Assembly (NCBI GenBank): GCA_032718475.1
Contig: JAUCBJ010000331.1
Span: 1-64,000 of the forward strand
Origin: Nemertoderma westbladi
Lineage: Eukaryota; Animalia; Xenacoelomorpha
Length of the DNA stretch: 64,000 nt
Direction of reading: 5' to 3'
In this document: in pieces, positions 25,701-40,400 of the stretch
How positions within the stretch are numbered: position 1 is the first letter of the stretch
Layout of the letters: each line of letters starts with the position of its first letter
The notes under the pieces: model-generated
Told to the model about the DNA's origin: nothing
The model's input: the letters and a program-made list of their open reading frames with translations, nothing else
Database searches by the model: none
Translations under genes and position numbers: made by a program

Positions 25701-28700
25701 CTACTTATGATCCTACTTACCTACTTATGATCCTACTTACCTACTTATGATCCTACTCAGCTACTTATGATCCTACTTACCTACTTATGATCCTACTTAC
25801 CTACTTATGATCCTACTTACCTACTTATGATCCTACTTACCTACTTATGATCCTACTTACCTACTTATGATCCTACTCATCTACTTATGATCCTACTTAC
25901 CTACTTATGATCCTACTCATCTACTTATGATCCTACTTACCTACTTATGATCCTACTTACCTACTTATAATCCTACTTACCTACTTATGATCCTACTCAT
26001 CTACTTATGATCCTACTTACCTACTTATGATCCTACTCATCTACTTATGATCCTACTTACCTACTTATGATCCTACTTACCTACTTATGATCCTACTCAG
26101 CTACTTATGATCCTACTTACCTACTTATGATCCTACTTACCTACTTATGATCCTACTTACCTACTTATGATCCTACTTACCTACTTATGATCCTACTTAC
26201 CTACTTATGATCCTACTTACCTACTTATGATCCTACTCATCTACTTATGATCCTACTTACCTACTTATGATCCTACTCATCTACTTATGATCCTACTTAC
26301 CTACTTACCTACGGTCACCCTTCACAAAACTCACCTGTCTAAGGAAGAGTTCCGCGACGCTCTGTGTCTGCGCTACGGCTGGCAACCGAAGTCGCTCCCT
26401 TCTCGTTGTGTCTGTGGGGAACGATTTTCCCCTTCACACGTCCTGTCGTGCCCCACCGGGGGTTATCCCTCGATAAGGCACAACGAGATACGCGATTTCG
26501 TTGCCGACGCGCTAACTGAAGTAGCCCACAACGTCGCAGTAGAGCCAGCACTCCAGCCTCTTAACAGGTGAGGAGTTCACCCACAGATCCACCTCCACAG
26601 AAGATCAGGCGAGGTTGGACGTCTCTGTCAGCGGGTTCTGGGGTGGCCGGTTCGAGAAGACTTACTTCGACGTCTCGGTCTACAACCCTCTAGCGGCCAC
26701 CAACGCAGCCATGACCACCGAGGGCGCTTATTCCCACCACGAGGCGCGGAAACGCCTGAAGTACGAGGAGCGCATCCGAGAGGTCGAACTGTCGTCGTTT
26801 GTGCCTCTGATACTTTCAGCCTTTGGTGGTACCGCGCCAGCGATGCAACAGTTCGTTAAGCGTTTATCGCTTAAACTCTCGGATCGTCGCGACCTCAGCT
26901 ACTCTGAGTGTATCTGCTGGACGCGGAGGAAGATAAGCTTCGCGCTTCTCCGCTCCAGTTTGATGTGTCTCCGTGGAGCGAGATCCGCCACCAAACGCCC
27001 TGTTTATCATCAGGTGTCCGCAGACTCGATTCGCCTGACTAACGCTGATACCAACACCGGCTAGACTGACTGTCAGTGGTAGTCATAGGCCTCTAAACAG
27101 GCCCTTCTTTCTTTATTTATTATTTTTTTTTATTATCGGTATCGGTGTAGGAATTATTCATTTTGTTCTATTAATAAAGTGCCTGTAAAAGAGTTATGCT
27201 GATATTGTGCAAATTATATAATAAACTAGTAACTTAAAAAAAAAAAAAAACTTACCTACTTATGATCCTACTCAGCTACTTATGATCCTACTTACCTACT
27301 TATGATCCTACTTACCTACTTATGATCCTACTTACCTACTTATGATCCTACTTACCTACTTATGATCCTACTTACCTACTTATGATCCTAATTACCTACT
27401 TATGATCCTACTTACCTACTTATGATCCTACTTACCTACTTATGATCCTACTCACCTACTTATGATCCTACTTACCTACTTATGATCCTACTTACCTACT
27501 TATGATCCTACTCAGCTACTTATGATCCTACTTACCTACTTATGATCCTACTTACCTACTTATGATCCTACTTACCTACTTATGATCCTACTTACCTACT
27601 TATGATCCTACTTACCTACTTATGATCCTACTTACCTACTTATGATCCTACTTACCTACTTATGATCCTACTTACCTACTTATGATCCTACTTACCTACT
27701 TATGATCCTACTTACCTACTTATGATCCTACTTACCTACTTATGATCCTACTTACCTACTTATGATCCTACTCATCTACTTATGATCCTACTTACCTACT
27801 TATGATCCTACTCATCTACTTATGATCCTACTTACCTACTTATGATCCTACTCAGCTACTTATGATCCTACTTACCTACTTATGATCCTACTTACCTACT
27901 TATGATATCCTACTTACCTACTTATGATCCTACTTACCTACTTATGATCCTACTTACCTACTTATGATCCTACTTACCTACTTATGATCCTACTTACCTA
28001 CTTATGATCCTACTTACCTACTTATGATCCTACTCACCTACTTATGATCCTACTTACCTACTTATGATCCTACTTACCTACTTATGATCCTACTTACCTA
28101 CTTATGATCCTACTCACCTACTTATGATCCTACTTACCTACTTATGATCCTACTCGGCTACTTATGATCCTACTTACCTACTTATGATCCTACTCATCTA
28201 CTTATGATCCTACTTACCTACTTATGATCCTACTTACCTACTTATAATCCTACTTACCTACTTATGATCCTACTCATCTACTTATGATCCTACTTACCTA
28301 CTTATGATCCTACTCATCTACTTATGATCCTACTTACCTACTTATGATCCTACTTACCTACTTATGATCCTACTCAGCTACTTATGATCCTACTTACCTA
28401 CTTATGATCCTACTTACCTACTTATGATCCTACTCAGCTACTTATGATCCTACTTACCTACTTATGATCCTACTTACCTACTTATGATCCTACTTACCTA
28501 CTTATGATCCTACTTACCTACTTATGATCCTACTTACCTACTTATGATCCTACTCAGCTACTTATGATCCTACTTACCTACTTATGATCCTACATTCCTA
28601 CTTACCTACTTATGATCCTACTTGCCTACTTATGATCCTACTCAGCTACTTATGATCCTACTTACCTACTTATGATCCTACTTACCTACTTATGATCCTA

Positions 28701-31700
28701 CTTACCTACTTATGATCCTACTTACCTACTTATGATCCTACTTACCTACTTATGATCCTACTTACCTACTTATGATCCTACTTACCTACTTATGATCCTA
28801 CTTACCTACTTATGATCCTACTTACCTACTTATGATTCTACTTACCTACTTATGATCCTACTTATGATCCTACTTACCTACTTATGATCCTACTTACCTA
28901 CTTATGATCCTACTTACCTACTTATGATCCTACTTACCTACTTATGATCCTACTTACCTACTTATGATCCTACTTACCTACTTATGATCCTACTTACCTA
29001 CTTATGATCCTACTTACCTACTTATAATTCTACTTACCTACTTATGATCCTACTTATGATCCTACTTACCTACTTATGATCCTACTTACCTACTTATGAT
29101 CCTACTTACCTACTTATGACCCTACTTACCTACTTATGATCCTAATTACCTACTTATGATCCTACTCATCTACTTATGATCCTACTTACCTACTTATGAT
29201 CCTACTTACCTACTTATGATCCTACTTACCTACTTATGATCCTACTTACCTACTTATGATCCTACTTACCTACTTATGATCCTACTTATGATCCTACTTA
29301 CCTACTTATGATCCTACTTACCTACTTATGATCCTACTTACCTACTTATGATCCTACTTACCTACTTATGATCCTACTTACCTACTTATGATCCTACTTT
29401 CCTACTTATGATCCTACTTACCTACTTATGATCCTACTCAGCTACTTATGATCCTACTTACCTACTTATGATCCTACTTACCTACTTATGATCCTACTAC
29501 AGCTACTTATGATCCTACTTACCTACTTATGATCCTACTTACCTACTTATGATCCTACTTACCTACTTATGATCCTACTTACCTACTTATGATCCTACTT
29601 ACCTACTTATGATCCTACTTACCTACTTATGATCCTACTTACCTACTTATGATCCTACTTACCTACTTATGATCCTACTTACCTACTTATGATCCTACTT
29701 ACCTACTTATGATCCTACTCAGCTACTTATGATCCTACTTACCTACTTATGATCCTACTCACCTACTTATGATCCTACTTACCTACTTATGATCCTACTT
29801 ACCTACTTATGATCCTACTTACCTACTTATGATCCTACTTACCTACTTATGATCCTACTCAGCTACTTATGATCCTACTTACCTACTTATGATCCTACTT
29901 ACCTACTTATGATCCTACTTACCTACTTATGATCCTACTTACCTACTTATGATCCTACTTACCTACTTATGATCCTACTTACCTACTTATGATCCTACTT
30001 ACCTACTTATGATCCTACTCAGCTACTTATGATCCTACTTACCTACTTATGATCCTACTTACCTACTTATGATCCTACTTACCTACTTATGATCCTACTT
30101 ACCTACTTATGATCCTACTTACCTACTTATGATCCTACGTACCTACTTATGATCATAATCAGCTACTTATGATCCTACTTACCTACTTATGATCCTACTT
30201 ACCTACTTATGATCCTACTCAGCTACTTATGATCCTACTTACCTACTTATGATCCTACTTACCTACTTACCTACTTATGATCCTACTTACCTACTTATGA
30301 TCCTACTTATGATCCTACTTACCTACTTATGATCCTACTTACCTACTTATGATCCTACTTACCTACTTATGATCCTACTTATGATCCTACTTACCTACTT
30401 ATGATCCTACTCAGCTACTTATGATCCTACTTACCTACTTATGATCCTACTTACCTACTTATGATCCTACTTACCTACTTATGATCCTACTTACCTACTT
30501 ATGATCCTACTCACCTACTTATGATCCTACTTACCTACTTATGATCCTACTCATCTACTTATGATCCTACTTACCTACTTATGATCCTACTTACCTACTT
30601 ATGATCCTACTTACCTACTTATGATCCTACTTACCTACTTATGATCCTACTTACCTACTTATGATCCTACTTACCTACTTATGATCCTACTTACCTACTT
30701 ATGATCCTACTTACCTACTTATGATCCTACTTACCTACTTATGATCCTACTCACCTACTTATGATCCTACTTACCTACTTATGATCCTACTCAGCTACTT
30801 ATGATCCTACTTACCTACTTATGATCCTACTTACCTACTTATGATCCTACTTACCTACTTATGATCCTACTTACCTACTTATGATCCTACTTACCTACTT
30901 ATGATCCTACTTACCTACTTATGATCCTACTTACCTACTTATGATCCTACTTACCTACTTATGATCCTACTTACCTACTTATGATCCTACTTACCTACTT
31001 ATGATCCTACTTACCTACTTATGATCCTACTTACCTACTTATGATCCTACTCACCTACTTATGATCCTACTTACCTACTTATGATCCTACTCCTACTTAT
31101 GATCCTACTTACCTACTTATGATCCTACTCATCTACTTATGATCCTACTTACCTACTTATGATCCTACTTACCTACTTATGATCCTACTTACCTACTTAT
31201 GATCCTACTCACCTACTTATGATCCTACTTACCTACTTATGATCCTACTCATCTACTTATGATCCTACTTACCTACTTATGATCCTACTTACCTACTTAT
31301 GATCCTACTCACCTACTTATGATCCTACTTACCTACTTATGATCCTACTTACCTACTTATGATCCTACTCAGCTACTTATGATCCTACTTACCTACTTAT
31401 GATCCTACTTACCTACTTATGATCCTACTTACCTACTTATGATCCTACTTACCTACTTATGATCCTACTTACCTACTTATGATCCTACTCAGCTACTTAT
31501 GATCCTACTTACCTACTTATGATCCTACATTCCTACTTACCTACTTATGATCCTACTTACCTACTTATGATCCTACTCAGCTACTTATGATCCTACTTAC
31601 CTACTTATGATCCTACTTACCTACTTATGATCCTACTTACCTACTTATGATCCTACTTACCTACTTATGATCCTACTTACCTACTTATGATCCTACTTAC

Positions 31701-34700
31701 CTACTTATGATCCTACTTACCTACTTATGATCCTACTTACCTACTTATGATCCTACTTACCTACTTATGATTCTACTTACCTACTTATGATCCTACTTAT
31801 GATCCTACTTACCTACTTATGATCCTACTTACCTACTTATGATCCTACTTACCTACTTATGACCCTACTTACCTACTTATGATCCTACTTACCTACTTAT
31901 GATCCTACTTACCTACTTATGATCCTACTTACCTACTTATGATCCTACTTACCTACTTATAATTCTACTTACCTACTTATGATCCTACTTATGATCCTAC
32001 TTACCTACTTATGATCCTACTTACCTACTTATGATCCTACTTACCTACTTATGACCCTACTTACCTACTTATGATCCTACTTACCTACTTATGATCCTAC
32101 TCATCTACTTATGATCCTACTTACCTACTTATGATCCTACTTACCTACTTATGATCCTACTTACCTACTTATGATCCTACTTACCTCCTTATGATCCTAC
32201 TTACCTACTTATGATCCTACTTATGATCCTACTTACCTACTTATGATCCTACTTACCTACTTATGATCCTACTTACCTACTTATGATCCTACTTACCTAC
32301 TTATGATCCTACTTACCTACTTATGATCCTACTTTCCTACTTATGATCCTACTTACCTACTTATGATCCTACTCAGCTACTTATGATCCTACTTACCTAC
32401 TTATGATCCTACTTACCTACTTATGATCCTACACAGCTACTTATGATCCTACTTACCTACTTATGATCCTACTTACCTACTTATGATCCTACTTACCTAC
32501 TTATGATCCTACTTACCTACTTATGATCCTACTTACCTACTTATGATCCTACTTACCTACTTATGATCCTACTTACCTACTTATGATCCTACTTACCTAC
32601 TTATGATCCTACTTACCTACTTATGATCCTACTTACCTACTTATGATCCTACTCAGCTACTTATGATCCTACTTACCTACTTATGATCCTACTCAGCTAC
32701 TTATGATCCTACTTACCTACTTATGATCCTACTTACCTACTTATGATCCTACTTACCTACTTATGATCCTACTTACCTACTTATGATCCTACTCAGCTAC
32801 TTATGATCCTACTTACCTACTTATGATCCTACTTACCTACTTATGATCCTACTTACCTACTTATGATCCTACTTACCTACTTATGATCCTACTTACCTAC
32901 TTATGATCCTACTTACCTACTTATGATCCTACTTACCTACTTATGATCCTACTCAGCTACTTATGATCCTACTTACCTACTTATGATCCTACTTACCTAC
33001 TTATGATCCTACTTACCTACTTATGATCCTACTTACCTACTTATGATCCTACTTACCTACTTATGATCCTACGTACCTACTTATGATCATAATCAGCTAC
33101 TTATGATCCTACTTACCTACTTATGATCCTACTTACCTACTTATGATCCTACTCAGCTACTTATGATCCTACTTACCTACTTATGATCCTACTTACCTAC
33201 TTACCTACTTATGATCCTACTTACCTACTTATGATCCTACTTATGATCCTACTTACCTACTTATGATCCTACTTACCTACTTATGATCCTACTTACCTAC
33301 TTATGATCCTACTTATGATCCTACTTACCTACTTATGATCCTACTCAGCTACTTATGATCCTACTTACCTACTTATGATCCTACTTACCTACTTATGATC
33401 CTACTTACCTACTTATGATCCTACTTACCTACTTATGATCCTACTCATCTACTTATGATCCTACTTACCTACTTATGATCCTACTCATCTACTTATGATC
33501 CTACTTACCTACTTATGATCCTACTTACCTACTTATAATCCTACTTACCTACTTATGATCCTACTCATCTACTTATGATCCTACTTACCTACTTATGATC
33601 CTACTCATCTACTTATGATCCTACTTACCTACTTATGATCCTACTTACCTACTTATGATCCTACTCAGCTACTTATGATCCTACTTACCTACTTATGATC
33701 CTACTTACCTACTTATGATCCTACTTACCTACTTATGATCCTACTTACCTACTTATGATCCTACTTACCTACTTATGATCCTACTTACCTACTTATGATC
33801 CTACTTACCTACTTATGATCCTACTTATGATCCTACTTACCTACTTATGATCCTACTTACCTACTTATGATCCTACTTACCTACTTATGATCCTACTTAC
33901 CTACTTATGATCCTACTTACCTACTTATGATCCTACTTACCTACTTATGATCCTACTTACCTACTTATGATCCTACTCATCTACTTATGATCCTACTTAC
34001 CTACTTATGATCCTACTCATCTACTTATGATCCTACTTACCTACTTATGATCCTACTCAGCTACTTATGATCCTACTTACCTACTTATGATCCTACTTAC
34101 CTACTTATGATCCTACTTACCTACTTATGATCCTACTTACCTACTTATGATCTTACTTACCTACTTATGATCCTACTTACCTACTTATGATCCTACTTAC
34201 CTACTTATGATCCTACTTACCTACTTATGATCCTACTCAGCTACTTATGATCCTACTTACCTACTTATGATCCTACTTACCTACTTATGATCCTACTTAC
34301 CTACTTATGATCCTACTTACCTACTTATGATCCTACTTACCTACTTATGATCCTACTCAGCTACTTATGATCCTACTTACCTACTTATGATCCTACTTAC
34401 CTACTTATGATCCTACTTACCTACTTATGATCCTACTTACCTACTTATGATCCTACTTACCTACTTATGATCCTACTTACCTACTTATGATCCTACTTAC
34501 CTACTTATGATCCTACTCAGCTACTTATGATCCTACTTACCTACTTATGATCCTACTTACCTACTTATGATCCTACTTACCTACTTATGATCCTACTTAC
34601 CTACTTATGATCCTACTTACCTACTTATGATCCTACTTACCTACTTATGATCCTACTTACCTACTTATGATCCTACTTACCTACTTATGATCCTACTTAT

Positions 34701-34860
34701 CTACTTATGATCCTACTTACCTACTTATGATCCTACTTACCTACTTATGATCCTACTTACCTACTTATAATCCTACTTACCTACTTATGATCCTACTTAC
34801 CTACTTATAATCCTACTTACCTACTTATGATCCTACTTACCTACTTATGATCCTACTTAC
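19732..34860 (+). repeat. 20-bp satellite (TGATCCTACTTACCTACTTA), roughly 700 units, within CKS intron 2
   Basis: Directly visible. The unit is TGAT plus two copies of CCTACTTA. Variants are TCAGCT, TCATCT or TCACCT in place of TTACCT, with occasional 12-bp and 28-bp units. Confidence 0.97.
26308..27250 (+). mobile_element. 5'-truncated non-LTR retrotransposon with restriction-like endonuclease (CRE-clade-like), inserted in the 20-bp satellite
   Basis: EFRDALCLRYG, a CCHC knuckle (CVCG...HVLSC), RHNEIRD, RLDV..SGFW...YFDV, E..KR.KY and FVPLILSAFGG. One frameshift near 26565 and a stop at 27064. AATAAA at about 27173, a 15-nt poly(A) ending 27250, and CTTACCTAC on both flanks. Confidence 0.88.
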
Positions 34861-35043
34861 TTGGTTAGGAAACACCGTCAATGTAACCTGCTCCTTCCCC
34901 TTAATGGTTTAATTTCAATAAATTTATATTTTTTCAAATAATTGCAATTCCGAAATCTAGAAATCGTTATGACGTCATTATAATTGATAGCTAGATTTCT
35001 CGAAGGGCCGCCGTTTAGTAATTTAGTTTTTTTTTTATTCCAG

Positions 35044-35166
35044 AGCCAAGGCTGGATCCATTACATGATGCATGAACCGGAACCCCATATCCTGTTGTTC
35101 CGCAGAGCAGCTCCGGGTCAAACAGCTGCTCAATCAAAGCAATCAGTCGTGCAGAAAGTCCATTAA
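35044..35166 (+). CDS. CKS1: CKS1/Suc1 family, exon 3
   Basis: Strong acceptor (T-run then ATTCCAG|). Encodes [21 protein letters not shown]...VH*. The spliced CDS is 59+91+123 = 273 nt, giving 90 aa. Confidence 0.95.
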   Translation, partial: SQGWIHYMMHEPEPHILLFRRAAPGQTAAQSKQSVVQKVH

Positions 35167-36066
35167 AGCCAACAAATAACCCGGTCGCAATAATTGTATA
35201 TTGTGGACAGCCCACCATATATTATACTCGATGTTCGTTCGCTTTGTGATTAATAACTAAATACATTATAAATAATACGTTAATATTTACAATAAACTTT
35301 CCTAGTTTACTTTACTGTGTTTGCTTATTGTTTCCGTTATACTTTACTATGCATCTTCGACTTACACAAACATGTCGTTATAGTTGTGTATTAAATAATA
35401 CACGTGTAAATATATTTAGCAAAGTTATTGTTTGTGAGTTATATTTTTATTAAATCTTATTAAATATTGAATTACATTCTGGTCGTGATACTCAACTATA
35501 TATTTCTTTTCCCCAACTGTATAAACCATATAACTTAATGTGTCTTTTGCTACTAAACTTTTACATTTTAATAAGACATTTGTATGCATCTTCATTTGAT
35601 AATTTCCTATTTACGCACGTCAGTGTAAAATAACACTTTGAGTGAAACACCGAAAAGTTGCCAAAAAGCTCCATAAATGTTAGACAATGTATAATTCCAC
35701 TTCTACTAATCGAAATTTCATAAAATAAAGTTCATACGATGCCTTAAATTCTAAACAATATTGGACACCACATCTGTGCAGCATATTATAAAAGTATAGT
35801 TTCGTAATTAACTCTTGAATGCAAAAAATATAGGAAAAATGCAATTTTCACATCAATGTAGTGATCATTTCATTGATTTAAATGTTATTCTTTATATATT
35901 AATATTTCAAAAGGTATGGATGCTGATACAGTATAACAATAGCGACAAAATAAGAAAGCTAAGGGGGGAGGGTGGGTGTGTAAGTTAGTCTGTTTCATTG
36001 GGGAGGGGGGGTATGTAAGTCCTTTCCGTCGGGTGGGGGGGGGGGGGGGGGGGGGGTGGTGGAGTA

Positions 36067-36310
36067 TTAGGGGCCATTAATGAGTGAGGGGTCCACGGTC
36101 CCCGTAATGGAGGCCGCATTGCCGACCAGGATGGCGATTGCCAGCCTTTGCAGGAGGAAGCGGTGAGATCGAGGCTCCTGGGGGACAGAGTGGAGTCTTG
36201 CCCCGATCTCCTTCAGGAACTCGGATGCTTCAGGGCCGGGGCGGCCCAAGGTCTCGTAGGCTACCGGATGGAAGAGGTAGCCCCGGTCTATGAGTTCCTG
36301 GTACTTTCAT
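36067..36310 (-). mobile_element. 3'-terminal fragment of a second RLE-type (CRE-like) non-LTR retrotransposon
   Basis: KYQEL..GYLFHPVAYETLG..GPEA.EFLKEIG.RL...EPRS..FLLQRLAIAI..GNAASI.GT is the typical C-terminus of this group. Confidence 0.75.
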
Positions 36311-37496
36311 TGATTTAATGGCCTATTGGAATTATAATAGTGTATAAGTGTTATATACCACTAGAAAGCCCGTTAAATTTGGAGTCAAACAGTGTACTGT
36401 ACTCACGAACATGATTACATAGCTACACGGAACTTGATGAGCCACAAAAGCCTGATTTTTAATTTATAGCTAAAAATTGTGCTCCAAGAGAATTGTGAGG
36501 TAAAAAAAAACCCCTTTACTTTTTTACGTTCGAATTAATTATTTTTGAAATCACAGCAGTTTATGCAGCAGAATTATGAAAATAAAATTGAATCAAATTA
36601 ATTTAATAGCTTTGAAGTTACAGGTTGATAAGTATCTCCAAACATGGGTGTCCGACCATAAATGTCCATCCCTGTGACCAGGGTATGCAAACACAGAACT
36701 GCAAATTTGTTTGAACTAGATTCTAGGAACCATGACCATATTTAGATCACCCTGCCTGGCAAGCTTTCTAATGGTATATAATACACGTACCCTCATATAA
36801 TTCCATCGCCTGTGTAAACCAATGCATACCATAAAACGTCCCCCCACCTGTAACCGCCTGTAACCAGGCTCTCATTACATTTACACGGAAGGTTACAGAA
36901 GGACAAATGTCCCACGCCTTTAACCAATTATCCTATTAAAATAATGGTTACAGGCAGTGGACAGGAAGGGACAAGCAGTATATTTTTTTACAGATCATAT
37001 TTAAGCTCGCACAATACTTGTACTGAATTCTACACAGACTCTGAGCTTTCAGAATATATATGGTTTGTTAGGTTTTGGGAAACTTTATATTTTGCTAAAT
37101 AATGTCTCCAATTTGGCAACTTTTCTGTGTTTTCACCCTTTATACTTTGTGGTAATCCGGTATTTTATTCCACAAACAAACATAGTGAGTAATGTGATTT
37201 GTTCTCTAAGTCAAATCAATACCGGCAAACACAGGCCTTAATCACCCCACAAGTTACAGTATAATTAATACGTGATTGGGAAGGGACTAACGTTTCTCCA
37301 ACGAGCGGGGTTCTGTGGTAATTTATTCTAACCAAAACAACAATAATGAGTGTCAATAGAACATATTAGGCCTACAGTTAAATTTTTAACGGGACGAAGT
37401 GGGAGCACCCCCCCCCCCCCCCCTGATGGCCACTTTCGGACCTTGGAGCCAATACGTTTATTACATAAGTGACTGGTCTTTGGTGAAATTACGACT

Positions 37497-40400
37497 GTCT
37501 GTAACTGATCTGATCTGTAACTGCTCTGGACTGTAAGAACTGCTCTGGACTGTAACTGCTCTGGTCTGTAACTGCTCTGGTCTGCAACTGCTCTGGTCTG
37601 TAACTGCTCTGATCTGTAACTGCTCTGGTCTGTAACTGCTCTGGTCTGTAACTGCTCTGGTCTGTAACTGCTCTGGTCTGTAACTGCTCTGGTCTGTAAC
37701 TGCTCTGATCTGTAACTGCTCTGGTCTGTAACTGCCCTGGTCTGTAACTGCCTTGGTCTGTAACTGCTCTGGTCTATAACTGCTCTGATCTGTAACTGCT
37801 CTGGTCTGTAACTGCCCTGGTCTGTAACTGCCTTGGTCTGTAACTGCTCTGGTCTATAACTGCTCTGGTCTGTAACTGATCTGGTCTGGTCTGTAACTGC
37901 ACTGGTTTGTAACTGCTCTGGACTGTAACTGCACTGCTCTGTAACTGCTTTAGTCGGTAACTGCCCTGGTCTGTAACTGCTCTGGTCTGTTACTGCTCTG
38001 GTCTGTAACTGCTCTGGTCTGTAACTGCTCTGGTCTGTAACTGCTCTGGTCTGTAACTGCTCTGGTCTGTAACTGCTCTGATCTGTAACTGCTCTGGTCT
38101 GTAACTGCCCTGGTCTGTAACTGCCCTGGTCTGTAACTGCTCTGGTCTATAACTGCTCTGGTCTGTAACTGCACTGGTTTGTAACTGCTCAGGACTGTAA
38201 CTGCACTGGTCTGTAACTGCTCTAGTCTGTAACTGCCCTGGTCTGTAACTGCTCTGGTCTGTAACTGCTCTGGTCTGTAACTGCTCTGGTCTGTAACTGC
38301 TCTGGTCTGTAACTGCTTTGGTCTGTAACTGCTCTGGTCTGTAACTGATCTGGTCTGGTCTGTAACTGCTCTGGTCTGTAACTGCTCTGGTCTGTAACTG
38401 CTCTGGTCTGTAACTGCTCTGATCTGTAACTACTCTGGTCTGTAACTGCTCTGGTCTGTAACTGCCCTGGTCTGTAACTGCCCTGGTCTGTAACTGCTCT
38501 GGTCTATAACTGCTCTGGTCTGTAACTGCTCTGGTCTGTAACTGATCTGGTCTGGTCTGTAACTGCTCTGGTCTGTAACTGCTCTGGTCTGTAACTGCTC
38601 TGGTCTGTAACTGCTCTAGTCTGTAACTGCCCTGGTCTGTAACTGCTCTGGTCTGTTACTGCTCTGGTCAGTAACTGCTCTGGTCTGTAACTGCCCAGGT
38701 CTGTAACTACCCTGGTCTGTAACTGCTCTGGTCTGTAACTGCTCTGGTCTGTAACTGCTCTGGTCTGTAACTGCCCTGGTCTGTAACTGCCCTGGTCTGT
38801 AACTGCTCTGGTCTATAACTGCTCTGGTCTGTAACTACCCTGGTCTGTAACTGCTCTGGTCTGTAACTGCTCTGGTCTGTAACTGCTCTGGTCTGTAACT
38901 GCCCTGGTCTGTAACTGCCCTGGTCTGTAACTGCTCTGGTCTATAACTGCTCTGGTCTGTAACTACCCTGGTCTGTAACTGCTCTGGTCTATAACTGCTC
39001 TGGTCTGTAACTACCCTGGTCTGTAACTGCTCTGGTCTGTAACTGCTCTGGTCTATAACTGCTCTGGTCTGTAACTGCCCTGGTCTGTAACTGCTCTGGT
39101 CTATAACTGCTCTGGTCTGTAACTACCCTGGTCTGTAACTGCTCTGGTCTATAACTGCTCTGGTCTGTAACTACCCTGGTCTGTAACTGCTCTGGTCTGT
39201 AACTGCCCTGGTCTGTAACTGCCCTGGTCTGTAACTGCTCTGGTCTATAACTGCTCTGGTCTGTAACTGCCCTGGTCTGTAACTGCTCTGGTCTATAACT
39301 GCTCTGGTCTGTAACTACCCTGGTCTGTAACTGCTCTGGTCTGTAACTGCTCTGGTCTGTAACTGCTCTGGTCTGTAACTGCCCTGGTCTATAACTGCCC
39401 TGGTCTGTAACTGCTCTGGTCTATAACTGCCCTGGTCTGTAACTGCCCTGGTCTGTAACTGCTCTGGTCTATAACTGCCCTGGTCTGTAACTACCCTGGT
39501 CTGTAACTGCTCTGGTCTGTAACTGCTCTGGTCTGTAACTGCTCTGGTCTGTAACTGCCCTGGTCTGTAACTGCCCTGGTCTGTAACTGCTCTGGTCTAT
39601 AACTGCTCTGGTCTGTAACTGCTCTGGTCTGTAACTGATCTGGTCTGGTCTGTAACTGCTCTGGTCTGTAACTGCTCTGGTCTGTAACTGCTCTGGTCTG
39701 TAACTGCTCTAGTCTGTAACTGCCCTGGTCTGTAACTGCTCTGGTCTGTTACTGCTCTGGTCAGTAACTGCTCTGGTCTGTAACTGCCCTGGTCTGTAAC
39801 TACCCTGGTCTGTAACTGCTCTGGTCTGTAACTGCTCTGGTCTGTAACTGCTCTGGTCTGTAACTGCTCTGGTCTGTAACTGCTCTGGTCTGTAACTGCT
39901 CTGGTCTGTAACTGCTCTGGTCTGTAACTGCTCTAGTCTGTAACTGCCCTGGTCTGTAACTGCTCTGGTCTGTAACTGCTCTGGTCAGTAACTGCTCTGG
40001 TCTGTAACTGCCCTGGTCTGTAACTACCCTGGTCTGTAACTGCTCTGGTCTGTAACTGCTCTGGTCTGTAACTACCCTGGTCTGTAACTGCCCTGGTCTG
40101 TAACTACCCTGGTCTGTAACTGCCCTGGTCTGTAACTACCCTGGTCTGTAACTGCCCTGGTCTGTAACTGCTTTGGTCTGTAACTACCCTGGTCTGTAAC
40201 TACTCTGGTCTGTAACTGCTCTGGTCTGTAACTGCTTTGGTCTGTAACTGCTCTGGTCTGTAACTGCTCTGGTCTGTAACTGCTCTGGTCTGTAACTGAT
40301 CTGGTCTGGTCTGTAACTGCTCTGGTCTGTAACTGCTCTGGTCAGTAACTGCTCTGGTCTGTAACTGCTCTGGTCTGTAACTGATCTGGTCTGTAACTGC

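Noticed and set aside
19732-34860. U1 snRNA genes or a telomeric repeat
   Set aside because: Only 9 nt match the U1 5' end, with no U1 body or Sm site. The array is intronic with unique sequence on both sides, and the TAAGTAGG similarity to telomere repeats is loose.
34984-35043. N-terminal part of the 60-aa ORF at 34984
   Set aside because: This is intronic polypyrimidine tract. The real coding sequence starts at the acceptor at 35044.
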